This document shows positions 13,783 to 27,879 of a stretch of 64,000 bases of DNA, piece by piece. The notes below the pieces were generated by a model. It saw only the letters and a program-made list of their open reading frames with translations, was not told the origin of the DNA and ran no database searches. The DNA is from Octopus sinensis (lineage: Eukaryota), in contig NC_043005.1 in assembly GCF_006345805.1 (NCBI RefSeq), forward strand, positions 94,364,001 to 94,428,000, written 5' to 3'. A program made the translations under genes and the position numbers. The stretch's first letter is position 1, and every line of letters starts with the position of its first letter.

Positions 13783-13783
<1 letters not shown>
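12944..13783 (+). mobile_element. Non-autonomous Helitron
   Basis: 5' TC after A, subterminal hairpin GACCCG-gcaacga-CGGGTC (13754-13772), 3' CTAG (13780-13783) followed by T, and an internal ~146-bp tandem duplication at 13001-13290. Confidence 0.8.
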
Positions 13784-13820
<37 letters not shown>

Positions 13821-13850
13821 GCGAGAAAGAAGCAACAAGAATGGATAGGT

Positions 13851-13941
13851 TTTTAGTACAATCGTTTCATACAAGGGCAGGCTTTATTAAATGTTGCAAA
13901 AATTACAGCATATAAACGTGTCCCGTACTCATCAGCTAAAA
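13851..13941 (-). ncRNA. Hammerhead ribozyme with expanded stem II (left arm)
   Basis: Reverse complement of the motif at 16482-16572. Confidence 0.75.
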
Positions 13942-16481
13942 TACATGTGAGTTCTCTAGACATCCTAGTGGTTGAGGCTATACTCATGAAGTAATGTAGA
14001 TAATTAAGTAACATAAACAGATTTCCAAAGTTCATTAAAGTTCTTTAAAGATGATGTACAGTCTTATCACACAAATTTTAAAAAAGTTTTAATAGCATCA
14101 CAGAGAAGGTGACCTAATCCATAGTGCACATATGAATTTCCAGAGATATGAGGAGGGATTACATACTCACAGACGACAAATTTATCCATTGTGTAATCAC
14201 AACGAGGTGGGTCTCATTCCTGCTTATTAGCATTACAGAGAGGGTGAATTATCCTTTGTATAGATGCACAATTTCCAATGGTGTAGATGAAATTTCCGAG
14301 AAATGAAGAGGAATTTCATATTCACAGGCGATAAATTTATCAATGGTTGAACACAATGAGGTAGGTATCAATTCTTGTTATATGATTAGGTATTTGCCAC
14401 ATTAATCACATTACTACTATTTACAAGAGGCTGTAGCTATTTAACTTTTAAAGGCTGAGGGCTTTCTAGAGATGCAAGAACAGAAAGGGAAGGAAGAAAG
14501 GAAGAGAGAAAATAAAGGAGGAGGGAGCAAAAAGGGGGGAGGGGGACTAAAAGAGAAGAGAAAAGAAAAAAGAGATAAGAAGAAAAAGAAAAAAGAGAAA
14601 AGAGAAAAATAGGGAAAGAAGGGAAAAAAAGAAAAAGAAAAAAAGAGGGTTCTAGTTATACAGAAGAATTAGTAGACGGCAAGTCTGGTTTTAATTTACA
14701 GGCATCTAGGAACTAGAGGAGAATATTATTCTTTGACCAGTAAAACAGCTAATTTATTGCTGTTGAAATCAGCTATGAATTTAAAGAGAATCTAAAGAGA
14801 TAACACGGTCAGGGGTTTAGGAGTCAGAGGCTAAAATCAAAAGAAAATACATTAGGAAAATCTAAGTATAATCTTATCAAAAAGTCATTAAAATTTATTT
14901 ATTTCATTTATTCATTTTATTGTCTTAAGGAGTTGCCGTTGTTATTCATACATTGACGGACTACAGGTCAAATCTTAGAAGATCATTTACAAGGTGTTAG
15001 GGAATTGTCTATCATAATGAAGATAATCATATTATCACCGAGGGAGTAGCCTTATTTATTTAATTTGGAAATAGAATTATGGGGCTTTAGTAACTCATTT
15101 TATTTTATTAAAGTTATGCTACTTAAATTAGATTAAGTTAAGAATTAAAATTAAAAATTACAATTAAGATTTAAAATTAAGATTTAAAATTATGAGTTTG
15201 AAATTAAATAAAGCCTCAATTAAGCAGCGTATAAGTACTATTCATTTCCCTGATCTCAAAAAACTGATGCAGATATAAGGAAAAAGATAACTGTAGCGTG
15301 AGAACTCTTAGTTATCTACTTAAAGCAGTGCTATACTAGTAAAAATCAAGTTATATCTATCTATCTATCTAGTTACGAATATTCTAATCATTTAAAATAT
15401 TTTAAAGTCTTCAATTTAGCGTGGACACAAACTTGACCTAGTTCGATATGGTTATTCAATAAGTTTCTATGTTTTCTGTGCTTTAGAACTTCATACGTCT
15501 CCATGGAGCATAGTTGGCAACCAACCCTACTATTTTTATACGGAATTGCTCTCCTAACTATTTCCCAATTAAGGTTATAATTATTATTATTATTTTTGAG
15601 TTCCCAGATTTTGTTTGAAAGTGTGGTGGTACCAGCTTTATGACGTAATTTAAAAGACGAGATGTGATTTCTAACTCTGGCTAGAAAATTAATTGTACAT
15701 CCAATGTAAAAATATTTGTAAATTAAAACCAGACTTGCCGTCTACTAATTCTTCTGTATACTAGAAACCTCTTTTTTCTTTTTCTTTTTTTCCCTTCTTT
15801 CCTATTTCTTTCTCTTCTCTTTTTCTTTTTCTTCTTCTTATTCTCTTTTTCCTTTTCTCTTCTCTTTTAGTCCCCCTCCCCCCCTTTTTGCTCCCTCCTC
15901 CTTTTTTTCTCTCTTTCCTTCCTTCTTCCCTTCCCTTTTCTGTTCTTTGCATCTCTAGAAAGCCCTTCAGCCTTTAAAAGTTAAATAGCTACAGCCTCTT
16001 GTAAATAGCAGTAATGTGATTATTGTGGCAAATACCTAATCATATAACAAGAATTGATACCTACCTCATTGTGTTCAACCATTGATAAATTTATCGCCTG
16101 TGAATATGAATTCCTCTTCATTTCTCTGGAAATTTACATCTACACCATTGGAAATTGTGCATCTATACAAAGGATTATTCACCCTCTCTGTAATGCTAAT
16201 AAGCAGGAATTGAGACCCACCTCGTTGTGATTAACAATGGATAAATTTGTCGTCTGTGAGTATGTAATCCCTCCTCATATCTCTGGAATTCATATGTGCA
16301 CTATGGATTAGGTCACCTTCTCTGTGATGCTATAAAACTTTTTTAAAATTCTGTGATAAGACTGTACATCATCTTTAAAGAACTTTAATGAACTTTGGAA
16401 ATCTGTTTATGTTACTTAATTATCTACATTACTTCATGAGTATAGCCTCAACCACTAGGATGTCTAGAGAACTCACATGTA

Positions 16482-16572
16482 TTTTAGCTGATGAGTACGG
16501 GACACGTTTATATGCTGTAATTTTTGCAACATTTAATAAAGCCTGTCCTTGTATGAAACGATTGTACTAAAA
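16482..16572 (+). ncRNA. Type I hammerhead ribozyme with expanded stem II
   Basis: TTTTAG CTGATGA GTACGGGACA..(~40 nt)..TGTCCTTGTAT GAAA C GATT GTA^CTAAAA. Stem I is TTTTAG/CTAAAA, with predicted GUA cleavage after 16566. Confidence 0.78.
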
Positions 16573-16719
16573 ACTATCCATTCTTGTTGCTTCTTTCTCG
16601 CTTATAATCACCCCACATTACTGTATTGTTAAAACAGTATAGGTTTTTTTGGTGCATCTAAGTTAGGTACCATATTCAAGTAAATTCATTTAAATTAACT
16701 TGAATCTTATTGCTTTTTG

Positions 16720-16841
<122 letters not shown>

Positions 16842-17289
16842 ATATTATATATATATATGTATGTATATATATATATATATATATATCTTGGTGTGTGTGT
16901 GTGTGGCTGTGTGCACGCGTGCATGTCTGTCTGTCTGTATATATATATGTATGTATGTATCTATCTATATAGCTAGCTTTATGTATACACGTTTGAAAAG
17001 GTTTTATGGTATATAGCTTCGATGTAGAACTTGTTTTACATGTGACTTAATCTTCAACCCTCCGTTTGAAAGTGAGACAGATTACATCTTGCAAGATTTG
17101 TTCTGGCCATTTAAGAACACCTAATAACTGTTTTTATTCAATTTTCATTCATTTGTTAACAGTGAACACCATTATGAAGTGTGAAAAAATTTCTTTGCGC
17201 TACTGCGACCAGGTCACTGGAACCATTTCACTTTCTTTCTTTCTTTCTTTCCTTTTCTTTCTTTCTTTCTTTCTTTCTTCTTTCTTTGT

Positions 17290-19740
17290 TTCTTTCTTAG
17301 ATGACTTTTAGGACCAGCTGTTGTTTAAAACACTAGTGACAGATATTATTCAAGTTTCTTCTATATCTTTACCCTTTGGAATCTGATTTTGAAGAAATGT
17401 TTTTGTAAACTAGCATAGGTATTTTCATTCCAGATATTGTCTTACAAGTTTTTTGACATATGACACAAGTCGTAAGAGGTTGTTGGTGTCCAAGATCATT
17501 TCATGTGACTTCACATGGTTTACGTATCCTGCTTTTGACAACAGAACACAATTACATATAATACATACCTAATGTTCACTGTTCTAATTGTTCCTTAGCG
17601 ACAGGTCCGTTAAGTTCAGAGTGCTCAATCATCTTTTCGTCCCATACATTACAATCAGTCCTAACAGCACCTCTCCACTTGTTCCGATCTAGAGCATCAT
17701 TTTCCTAATAATTTTTGTTCATATCTATTTGCTTCAGGTTTTCCTTCACACAGTCTTTATACCTTTTCCTCGGCTTATGTTGTGGTCGCTTACCAGAGTT
17801 AGGCTCACAATAAAAAAGACGTTTTGGCAAACGCTCGTTTTTCATTCTAATAACATGTCCAGTCCATCTCCTTTGAACCAAGATAACATGTTGTTCAATT
17901 GAGCTGCAACGTGCCATGCGCAAAACCTCTGTACCTAGTATGAAACATACCCACATGACTCCTAAGATACGTCAGAGGTATTTCTGATGAAATGTTTCTG
18001 CTTGTAAGTGGTCCATGTCTCACATGAATAAAAAAATGCAGACAATGAATACGCTTTATAGACACTGATTTTTGTCTGCAGGGAAATACCTCTATCCGCC
18101 CATACTCGCTTTTCGAGCTTTCCAAATGCAATATTTCCCTTCCTTATTCGATAGTATATCTCTGTATCAAGACCACAATCTCTAGGTAAGCAAAGGTGTC
18201 AGAGACTTCTAACCTTGTTCCATTCACAAAATGTTTGGTTCAGAATAAGTTTGTCCTGGCATGGGAGTAAACATTACTTTGATTTCCCCCCAACTAACTG
18301 TGTGTCCGAAATGTTCACATGCAGTGTACATTAAAAATGTTGCATATCCCCCTCTGAGTGTGCCAACAAATCAGCATCATCAGCAGAAAGTAATTCTCTA
18401 ACAAGTATTTTGAAAGTCTTTGCTTTGTAGTTAAACTGGGTCAAATTAAAAGTACGACCAGATGTCCGAAATCTGGTTCCGGTTCCCCTGTTGCAATCCT
18501 TGAAAGCACACCAAAGCAATGCAGTAAAATAAATAGAGAAAAGTGCAGGGGCAGGAATATCTCCCTGTTTGACACCATTGTCAACCGAAAATTCATGAGA
18601 TAGCTCACCATTAAAGACTACCTGAGATTTCATGTTTCTATGTAGTTCCCACAAAATCTGTTGGACAACCAAGTTTACACAAAATAATCAACAATGCCTC
18701 TGTTAACCGTGTCACATGCCTTAGTTAAATCTATGAAGACCTGCTATAGTGGCATTTGTTCTTCTACGCATTTATCTTGAACCTGCCTCACAGAACATAT
18801 GTCCATTGTTCCTCGCTCAGGTCTGAAACCACACTGTTCTTCAGGAATCACAAGTGGACACACATTCTCAGCAAGACGATCTAACATGATCCTCGAAAGT
18901 ATCTTCCCGGTACGTGCCAGAAAAGTTATCTCTCTAGAATTACCACACACTGCTTTCGGGCCCCTTACCCTTGTATACAGAGATTAAAATGCCATTTATC
19001 CATTCTTATGGCACAGAAGATTCATTCCAAACTCGTGTTATCAGGTTATGATTTTCAGATGAAATATGATCCCCACCTGCTTTCAGAATTTCAACTGGAA
19101 TACTATCCAATCCAGGAGCTTTACCTGATCTCAGTTTATATAATGTCAGATTTACTTGTTCAATGGAAGGTGCATCATTGATATGTTGCACCTCTTTGCA
19201 TAATGTTGTTTATGATATCCATGTTCACTACTGACGGATTGTTATCTCCATCTATTCATTATTCCCAGAGGATCTTTAATAACCCCATCTCCATCTTTCG
19301 ACTTCAAGGGAACATACAATGATGAAGATTGCAGTCCAAAAGCTTGTCACAATAAACTATAAAAACTCTTAATGTCTTTCCTGTCATAAGCTGCCTGTAC
19401 TTCCTCAGACAAATTTCTCCACCAAGTGTTTTTAAGTTTCCTGAGTTCTTTTTGCAAGTTTGCTTTTTGAGACTTGTACAACTTTTCTAGCTGCATTTTG
19501 TTCTTAACGTTTAGGTCAAGAAGCTTTTCACGAGTGGATCTCTTTGTTTGCTAAAAGCTTATTTATCACTGTATCATTGGAATCAAACCAGTCTCAGTGT
19601 TGCCTCCTCTTAAAACTTAATACCTCTGATCCCATTTTTTATATATTCCATTACGGAAAGATTGCCATGAACCTTCAAAGTGAACATCGCTGCATCTCTT
19701 CTGAAAGAACTGCAAAACTTGTTCTTTTAGCTGCTCTACA
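17290..19740 (-). mobile_element. Degraded 5'-truncated RTE (BovB-like) LINE with C-terminal Cys/His motifs
   Basis: DWFDSND, GKAPGLDSIP, EEQCGFRPERGT, VKQGDIPAPALFSIYF, LLSADDADL, WTGHVIRMKNERLPKRLFY, then TCVICQKTCKTISG. A (TTTC)n tract at 17230-17295 may be the tail. Confidence 0.85.
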
Positions 19741-19756
19741 TTATATATAATATATA

Positions 19757-19805
<49 letters not shown>

Positions 19806-19840
19806 CACATATGTATGTATGTATGTATGTATGTATATAT

Positions 19841-19895
<55 letters not shown>

Positions 19896-19898
19896 TAC

Positions 19899-20970
19899 AT
19901 AATCAAAATAAGCAACAAGAATGATTCCGGTAATTTGGAACGATCGTTTCGTACCTAACTAATTTTTACCTAACTAATTAACTTTTATCCGCAGGTAGTA
20001 AATTTTATTCCCAATAGATCCTATTTTTTAATTCATTAATATCAACTCACTATCCATGAAATTTGAATAATTTACTCTTCTAAACCACCTCCCCTCATAT
20101 TATAAAATATCACATTCTACTAAATCTTTGAATATCTTCTTTCTTTGATTTTCCCTCTTCCATCTTTCTTAGTATATATTTTGACCCATAATAGGTTCAC
20201 TTGATTAATAAGGCTTTTCCCCCAGTTAATAAGTACTATGCCTAAGTGATAGTTTTTTCTCCAAATTGAATAAATTTTAGATTTATATTTTTTCCTTTAT
20301 TCTAACGTGTCAAAGTACTTGGAACTTATTGACCAACTGTTGTGATGATGTGCATAGGGTTTGTAAGGTCTCTGCATTCTCTGTGAATATTATTGTGACC
20401 ACTTGACATTGACCTAGTTCTCCTAACGCCGAATCTGTTCATCAAATAGTAGTAATTGGCATTTACTAGTGACAATGGTGTCTTCTACATAAATTCCTTA
20501 TATGGAGCTCCGAAATCCCCTTTACCCCATTTCTATAATTAGAAAATCTTTATTGTCTCCTTCCACTTATTCTTCCCTCTCAGAACCTTACAGGAGTCTG
20601 GAACAACCAAATCTTAGTCAGTCAGTTGATGGGTTCCACTACCTCAAACGTTCTTAAAATTTAAATCCACATCTTTGTCTATATATATACCTTCTCTATA
20701 ATGTTGCCACTTGATATGAAAATTTTTGTATTAATGGAAAACCTCTATAATTGGCTGATGAGTGCTCAGCATTTTAAAACTGTTGTAATACTTACAACAT
20801 TTAATAAAATGATGTAGTACGAAACGATCGTACCAAATTACCGGAATCATTCTTGTTGCTTATTTTGATTATAATCACCCCACGGATTTTTATGGATAAC
20901 ACCATACAGAATTCTGGTGCATCTAAATTAAGTACCATATTAATTTGAATCTAAATTTTTGATGAACTTA
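19899..20970. mobile_element. Degenerate PLE-like element with short inverted termini (19899-19954 vs 20817-20872)
   Basis: 56-bp inverted repeat overlapping the 3' half of a hammerhead. The terminus is shared with the 13821-16700 element, and (TA)n flanks both sides. Confidence 0.65.
20748..20840 (+). ncRNA. Type I hammerhead ribozyme with expanded stem II (diverged relative of 16482-16572)
   Basis: TAATTGG CTGATGA GTGC..TGTTGTAA-tac-TTACAACA..GTAC GAAA C GATC GTA^CCAAATTA. Stem III is the palindrome ACGATCGT. Confidence 0.8.
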
Positions 20971-21009
20971 TATATACATACATATATATATATATACATA
21001 CATACATAT

Positions 21010-21083
<74 letters not shown>

Positions 21084-21227
21084 CATATATTATATAATAT
21101 ATATATATATATGTATATATACACAAATTCAAAAATGCGTATGGCATACATGTCAATACCTAGATTAATGTTTGTTTTTATGTTCAGCTAAGCCATTGTC
21201 CGACGATGATTTAGTTGACCAAAATTC

Positions 21228-21311
<84 letters not shown>

Positions 21312-21314
21312 CTG

Positions 21315-21399
<85 letters not shown>

Positions 21400-21624
21400 C
21401 TCTATCACAATGGACGGACGCTAGTCATATCGGCTCCAAGTAAGTTGGCCACTTTTACATGTTTAAAACTCCTTGTTGTCAAATATTTTGTTTTAATCGT
21501 TGTGCAAATTCATTCACTAAAAAACCTGAGAATTATTCACGTAGAATTCCGCCCCTGTATGGGCGAAATTACAAAAAAACTTTCAAAACTTTCGTGGGTT
21601 TTTTAGCCATTTTTCATTTTGAAA

Positions 21625-23585
21625 ATGGCAACTAGAAACCACGTGGCTAGCCGCCAGTCATGCAGAACGGTAGCAAAACACTATTGCTACCACTAGCTGC
21701 TAAACATCGCAGCGTGAACACCGCTGTCACCACCATCACCACCACCAACAACAACAACAACAAATCTAACGTCGCATTCACCATCGCCGCGACCAAAGAC
21801 ATTAACTTAGATTTCCCCCACTCCCCACACCACTTGTTGATGATAAAGGGACAGAGAAAGGGATTTCAAAAATGAATACAAACGAAAACATGAATGCCAG
21901 CACCACCACCATCACCACCAACAACAACAACAACGAAATTGGCACAAAGCCGCCTACCAAAGACAACACCGCCAACACCAACACCACTACTACGACGTCA
22001 AATGCTACATCCAAGCCTTCTGCTGCTAATACCGCCAACACCAACACCACTACCATGACTTCAATTAACACTGCCACAATTAACACTTCTACTGCCAAAT
22101 TCAAAACGAATTTTGCGGACGTAACAAAACAAAAAAGAACAATTGTAACATTCACCAAAGAAGGAGACAAATTGCACCTTCATATTCCACAACACATCGT
22201 GGAAAACACGCAAAAAAAACAATAATTTATAAAGTAATAAACAAAAAAACAAGAAGAACAGAAAATGCACCGCAGGAAAAAATCGATAAATGCCTTCGTC
22301 CTGTATGGGACTCCAAGGAATATATCAGTTGGGGAAACAAATTTGGTACAGTCCAAGTACGTTTCCTCAACGAAAGTTTAGCAAAACGTTTTTCCACATT
22401 GGAGCTACATTCGGACGACTTGGTAATGATACCAGTCTATTTAAACAAAAGGGTCACGAAAGTCCAAATAAAAAACATACCATTTGATGTCGAAACACAA
22501 TGGGTGGTCTCTGCCATCTGCTTTGAAATGTCAGAGACAATGTCAGAGACAAACATCCTGGAAATCGCGGTTCTAGGAGAGAAAGACTATGTGGGCAAAT
22601 CAATCGAATTCCTGCTTCAATTGGATGAAGCAGCAAGAGAGAAGATACCCACCGCTATAGAACTGCCAGGAGGCTACAAACTCTATATAGTGGTAGAGGG
22701 CAGGCGACCACGCTGCTATTGTGTGGAAGCGAAACACACTTGAAAAAGACGTGCCCAACCACTGCACACCAAGAGCAACAACAACAACCACTACCACAAC
22801 CAAAGCACTCCGGAAAAAAAGCTCTACTACCCACACCACCATCAACACAGAAGACGACAAGAGAAGCACACCAAGCTAATCCGTCACCAACCAAAAACCA
22901 CTCGACACCTGGAAAAATACCAACACTACCATCAACAGCAAAACCCAAAGGAACAAGAAAAACAAAGAAAAAAACACACAAACTGATCCCCCATCCCTTA
23001 TACCGCACTCAACACACACAAACACTCAACAACCAACAACAACGAAAACAACAACACAACCACTTACACAGACATACATAGAAGCCCACAACATACCCCT
23101 ACCCCCTTCTGATTCCTCAGAAATTTCGTCGGAAGACGAAACCAGTGAGGAATGGCAAATAGCTACAAAAAGAAGGAAAATAAAGAGCAGAAACACAACC
23201 AAACCAATGCAAACACGAACAAAGCAGGGGAAATACATCTCCCGAAGACATTTCAAAACCCAACGCAAACAACAGCCACACCAACACCACAAAAACATAT
23301 ACAGCAAACATGCTCACAGCCATAGACACCAAAAAAACAAATTTGATGGAATACATCCAATCAAAAACAAACATAACAGAAGATGACATAAAAAAAACAA
23401 CCACCCACACAACACCACCAGACCACATCAAAATAATACACATCTCCAAAAGTCTGCACCACACACTCAAAGGCATTTTCCCCAGTGCGGTTGGTAAATG
23501 CCAAAAATATCTCACAAAGAAACTGTACTGGGATCTTCTCGAGGACAAACCAACGGAGGAGAAAGCAAAAACTTTCGAGCAGTAA
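21625..23585 (+). pseudogene. Tx1 ORF1 (Thr/Asn-rich N-terminus, putative RNA-binding domains, CCHC knuckle), frameshifted
   Basis: KVQIKNIPFDVE..VVEGRRPRCYx/CGSETHLKKTCP is CX2CX4HX4C split by a frameshift. It is homologous to ORF1 at 48954-50454 and 61736-62984. Confidence 0.8.
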
Positions 23586-23616
23586 GTAACCCTCTGTATT
23601 CTAATTCATTAGAACT

Positions 23617-26600
23617 ATGATCAAGATTGGTTGTGTAAATGCGCGTGGCTTGGGGTCCCCTTGGAAACAAGGGTACCTCTTAAATGACATAAAGTCACAT
23701 AAGTTAGAAATCATAGCCATAAGCGAGACCAGACTCCACAATCCGCGGGCCCTAAAGACCATGTTTGGCGGACAGTTCAACATTTATTTTTCCCCCTGTC
23801 TGCCGAGAATGGGCGGTAGTGGCACCGCGGTACTTTTTCACAAGAGTCTGGATCTCAATGTAAGGACAATATTCGTAGACCCGGAGGGTAGACTGGTCGT
23901 CCTGGATGTCGACGGCAGCAATGGGTGCGCTTTTCGGCTCGTATCAGTTTACGCACCGCCCTTAACAGGTCGGGCGGATTTCTTTCAACGTCTAGAAGTT
24001 TTCTTGGGAACGTCTCGTCCTTTACTCTTAGTGGGGGATTGGAATGCTACCTTGGACACGCATGTAGACTACGTGGGTAGAGATAGGAATAGACGGGGAT
24101 GCAAATGCCTCAGAGACCTGCTCAGACGCTTTCAACTGTCTGACAGGTTTCGACTAGACCACCCGAATGCGCCAACGTGGACATGGAGCAACCGCATCGG
24201 GTCGTCGAGATCGTATCTAGATAGGATACTGTGTAGGACAGTAGATAGAGATAGCATAGGATGTCCACAATTCCACATAGTCAGCTACACGGATCACAAA
24301 CTTGTGACATGTACGCTAGACTTAGGTAAGACACTTAGGCAGGGTCCGGATACTGGAAACTAAACGCGTCTTTCCCATCGAGACAAGTTTTCAGAGACCG
24401 GATTAGCACACTAGTAAAGAGGGCTTTGACGGGAGCCATCATCAACAACAAATGGTGGTTTGCCCTCAAGAGAGCAGTAAAAGCAGAAGCGATTAGGTAC
24501 AGCAAAGCACTAGCCATAGATAGAAATAGAGTAGAGGGTGAGCTAGTTAAGAAGCTAGAAGAGGCAATTAGAAGCGGCATCGCATCCGACGTTTTGGCGG
24601 CGAGGTTGGCCCTCGACCAACACTTCAACGCCAAACACGAAGGATGTGCTGTCAGAGCTAGGATGCGTGCTCTAAGGAACGAAGGTGTTGGAGCCGCGAG
24701 AGAGGCCCGGGTGGCAGAGGCGCAACAGGGCAACAAAGCCACCATTCGGTCACTGGTAGATGAACAGGGGCGCGAATTGCTCGAGCCAAGTAAAATGTGT
24801 GAGGCCTTTCAGCAGCATTTTGCCCGACTGTTCGGAACGAGTGGAGGGCAAGAACGTAGGGTGGACTTCAGTGCCTACCTACATAGCCTACCACGACTCT
24901 CGACAAGAAAGGCAGGGTGCTGCGAAGGTGCCATCACGGCGGCGGAAGTGCGGGAAGCGATGGCAGAATGCTCGAGGGACAAATCACCGGGTTTGGATGG
25001 TCTACCCTACGAGCTTTACATTGTATGCCAGACTTGTTTGGAGATCTCTTGGCGGCGGTGTACTGCAACTGGCAGCAAAACGGGAGCATTCCTGGTTTTG
25101 TGAGCCGAGGAGCCGTAACACTGCTGAAGAAAGATCTAAACAGGGAAATGTAATAGATAACTTTAGGCCCATCACTCTGCTTAATGCAGACTTGAAAATT
25201 TTGGCCAAGGTGCTAGCCAAGAGGTTGGCGCTTGTCATCGAGAAACTGGTCGACAAGGCGCAAACATGCGCCGTGCCAGGCCGGACCATCCATGACAACC
25301 TCCATCTGATGCGCTACATCATAGACAGGGTAGTTAACGAACCTGGCATGGGTGGGGCCCTGATCAACTTGGATCAATCAAAAGCCTTTGATAGGGTAGA
25401 CCATCGATACTTGGAGGCAGTCCTGAGAGCGGCTGGTTTCGGTCCCGTCTTCCGCGGCTGGATAGCTGCCTTGTACAGAGGCATCCGTTCGGTAATTCGC
25501 GTAAATGGACATCTATCGAGACCTTTCGACATTGCACGTTCGGTCCGTCAGGGATGCCCCCTCTCGGCGCTTCTATACGTATTGACTCTTGAGCCACTAC
25601 TGCGGAAGCTGGCGACTCTAAGGGGCATCCCGCGAGAATTGGGATGCGGGACGAGAGCGTGTCTGCATACGCGGACGACGTCACCGTCATAGTGTCTAGC
25701 CACGAGCACATCGAGCTGGTCGGCGAGACACTGAAAAACTACGAAGCGGTGACAGGAGCGAAAACCGGGAAAAGAAAAGTCAGTGGGCTTGCGACTAGGC
25801 ACCTGGAGAAGCAAGCCCATGCCGTCCACCAGCGCCTCCGTCGTGGGACGCTGGACCGACGGCCCGGTTGAGTTGCTCGGGGTCTGGTTTGGTCCGGACC
25901 TCCAAGTGGAGAAGAACTGGAACGAGATAACGAGTAGGGTGGTCACTCTCGCCCGGCAATGGGCCGAGAGGAAACTGTCCCTAAAAGGTCGAGCGGAGGT
26001 GGCGAACACGTACATCGCGTCCGTCATCTACTACCGCCTGACCGTCGTACCTTGTCCCGACCCTACCATCACCAAACTACAACGCATCCTCTTTCGCTTC
26101 TTGTGGAAAGGATGCGTCCCGATGGTCAGGCGATCCATTTGCTGTCAACACCCGTTAAAAGGAGGGCTGGGCATGCCGTGGTTGATGATGCGCAGACACG
26201 CGCTGAGACTGCGACATCTCTGGCTCTATGTAGACGACGGTGAACAGGTGTGGTCGCCGTTTGTGAGGCACGCTTTCCCGCAGCTCGTCTCCATGACCGA
26301 ACTGCAGTCGTGGATCAAAAAGAGGCCGAGGAAGGGCGAATGGCACCGCGAGTGTCGCGTTGCTCTCAAGCAACTCTGCCCTCCTGGGTCGACCTTAAGT
26401 GACTTCAACACAACCAAAGCATTCTATAGGGGTTTAGTGGAGGGGAGGTACGACGACGAGCTCGGGGCGAACCTGGACGTCGACGAGGAGTACCTGACCC
26501 GCCTGTTCGGGACGACTTTCGGGCCAGGGCCCATGGACAACTTCCAGAGATCCCTGGCCTGGCAGTGCTACCGAGAAGCGCTACCCGTTCGGGATAAGCT

Positions 26601-27052
26601 CTACAGACACGGCTCGAGAAACACGGGGCCGACCTGCCCGAGATGCGGTCAGAGCGACGAAACCGTTCTGCACGCACTCGTTCAGTGTCCAACAATTTCC
26701 GACCTGTGGGCTTATGTCGAAGAACTGCTGTCACGTGTGGGACGAGTCGGTTTATCAGCTGAGTCTATCGTCAATATTGTCACGCCTCCTTCCTTCAAAC
26801 GGGAAGGAAGAGCTATTTCATCATCCTTGTGGCTATGGGAAAGAATGTATCTGGTGGACGCGTCTGAAAGGATTGGAGACAAACACTTTCCTCTCTGGTC
26901 AATCTCTCATCAACTTCTTCAAGTACCACTTGAAAAGGAAAGTGAGAGTAGAGAGGCAAGTTTTGTCTAGCGAATGTTTTAAAAAAAGATGGGTGAATGT
27001 AGCAAGAATGGCACGTATGAATGACGAAGCCACCTTGAGCATAGTCCTATGA
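23617..27052 (+). pseudogene. Tx1 ORF2 (APE endonuclease + reverse transcriptase), several frameshifts
   Basis: IGCVNARGL, ISETRL, SVYAP, GDWNA, SYLDRI, YTDHK (APE); NFRPITLLNADLKILAK, LDQSKAFDRVDH, SVRQGCPLS, AYADD (RT); CPRCGQSDETVLH. Confidence 0.95.
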
Positions 27053-27087
27053 ACCCAGAAATCGAAAACAGAGAGTTGCTTATTTGC

Positions 27088-27119
<32 letters not shown>

Positions 27120-27260
27120 AATGTGACTTCATTGACCGAGGTTACCGTGGTCTTTTCCGCAGGCTTTTCTTTCCACGGGTAAACCTCACCTGTCCTCCCC
27201 TTTACACTTCATATTGACATTTCTGTGATAACGATCCCTATTGATCATTTTTTTTCCTCT

Positions 27261-27291
<31 letters not shown>

Positions 27292-27455
27292 AACCCCCCT
27301 TATTTTTGTCCTCTTTCTCTCCTTTTACGATCCCTTTTGATCGAACCTCCCCCTTCCTTTTTTTTTTTTTTTTTTTTTTAATACCTTCAAAAGAAAAGCT
27401 CTACCTTGTAATTTGTTCTATCTGTGTGCAGCCCTGTGTGGCTAATAAAGAAACA

Positions 27456-27512
<57 letters not shown>

Positions 27513-27521
27513 CTATCTATC

Positions 27522-27580
<59 letters not shown>

Positions 27581-27879
27581 GTCTATCTTTATGATGTATA
27601 TATGTGAATATATATATGTGTATATTTATGTACATACACACATGCAAACACGCGCACACGCATATAACAAATATAGTTTGATTGTTCGTTTGCAGTATAA
27701 AGAGATGGCAGAGCACTCAATGTAAATGCTAAGTATAATGTACAAGTCTATAGTAATTTTTCATCCCAGTTACATCAAATTTCTTGACTTGGCGGGGGTG
27801 GGAGTTCACTCTTCAGACCACATCCATTTACTTCACAAGTTTTCCAGACTAATAATGGAACGCTGCTTATCACATTTGG

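Larger units (their letters stand above)
13821..16700. mobile_element. PLE-like element with ~880-bp inverted arms (13821-14700 and 15717-16601), each carrying a hammerhead
   Basis: The arms are reverse complements, and the ORF track gives the identical 60-aa peptide at 13853-14035(-) and 16388-16570(+). The ~1-kb spacer has no recognisable ORF. (TA)n flanks both sides. Confidence 0.7.
21407..27454 (+). mobile_element. Full-length Tx1-clade LINE (copy B) within (TATC)n
   Basis: 5' UTR, ORF1 with zinc knuckle, ORF2 with APE, RT and Cys motif, and a 3' UTR ending in AATAAAGAAAC. (TATC)n at 21229-21406 and 27456-27586. Confidence 0.95.

Noticed and set aside
24335-26734. Antisense and alternate-frame ORFs overlapping Tx1 ORF2 (also at 4864-5854 and 46154-48654)
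   Set aside because: Expected shadow ORFs of GC-richer coding sequence, with no recognisable motifs.
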